46,993 bases of DNA. Origin: Basidiobolus meristosporus CBS 931.73. Lineage: Eukaryota > Fungi > Basidiobolomycota. The stretch's first letter is position 1. Each line of letters begins with the position of its first letter. Location: contig MCFE01000679.1 in assembly GCA_002104905.1 (NCBI GenBank), positions 1 through 46,993 on the forward strand. The letters are read 5' to 3'. The notes beneath the pieces are model-generated. The model saw only the letters and a list, made by a program, of their open reading frames with translations, made no database searches and was not told the origin of the DNA. A program made the position numbers and the translations under genes. Below are positions 46,801 to 46,993 of the stretch, one piece after another.

Positions 46801-46993
46801 GCCAAGAACACGAGGGAAAGGACTACCCTGTTGCCTTTGAATCCAAGAAACTGAACTCAGCAGAACAAAACTATCCAGTCCATGAGAAGGAGATGCTTGC
46901 TATAATACACTGTTTGAGACATGGAGATGCTATATTGAAGGAGTCAAATGCACTGTGAAGACTGATCATGCCTCCCTCAAGTATATATTTACT
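43855..46993 (+). mobile_element. Young Gypsy-A copy running off the window (5' LTR 43855-44221, PBS, gag from 44280, pol with frameshifts)
   Basis: Near-identical to 20888-24020; preceded by GTGG; several single-base indels after 45000. Confidence 0.93.

Overview
Eukaryotic DNA (probably fungal; host guess is low confidence) made almost entirely of nested transposable elements. I found no host gene, RNA gene or CRISPR array. The dominant element is a single-ORF Ty3/Gypsy LTR family (here Gypsy-A). It has one intact, very recent copy (20888-25825, identical 368-bp LTRs, 1377-aa gag-pol) and at least six older or partial copies. Also present: two Ty1/Copia families (B, D); a second decayed Gypsy family (E); a ~1.07-kb solo-LTR family (C) with no coding region here; a full-length two-gene PIF/Harbinger-superfamily (PHIS) transposon (2711-6111, ATT TSD) with a deleted second copy and a 211-bp MITE; and a full-length two-gene CMC/EnSpm transposon with CCCTAT termini (7201-15031). 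Many boundaries are fixed by target-site duplications (TSDs) and by rejoining of the interrupted host, giving a nesting order up to four levels deep. Older copies show clear CpG to TpG/CpA decay. I see no clearly new biological system. The best leads are the two DNA-transposon families with uncharacterised partner genes, the LTR-C family and the insertion-site patterns. Family letters are my labels. All alignments were done by eye, so unanchored boundaries are approximate.
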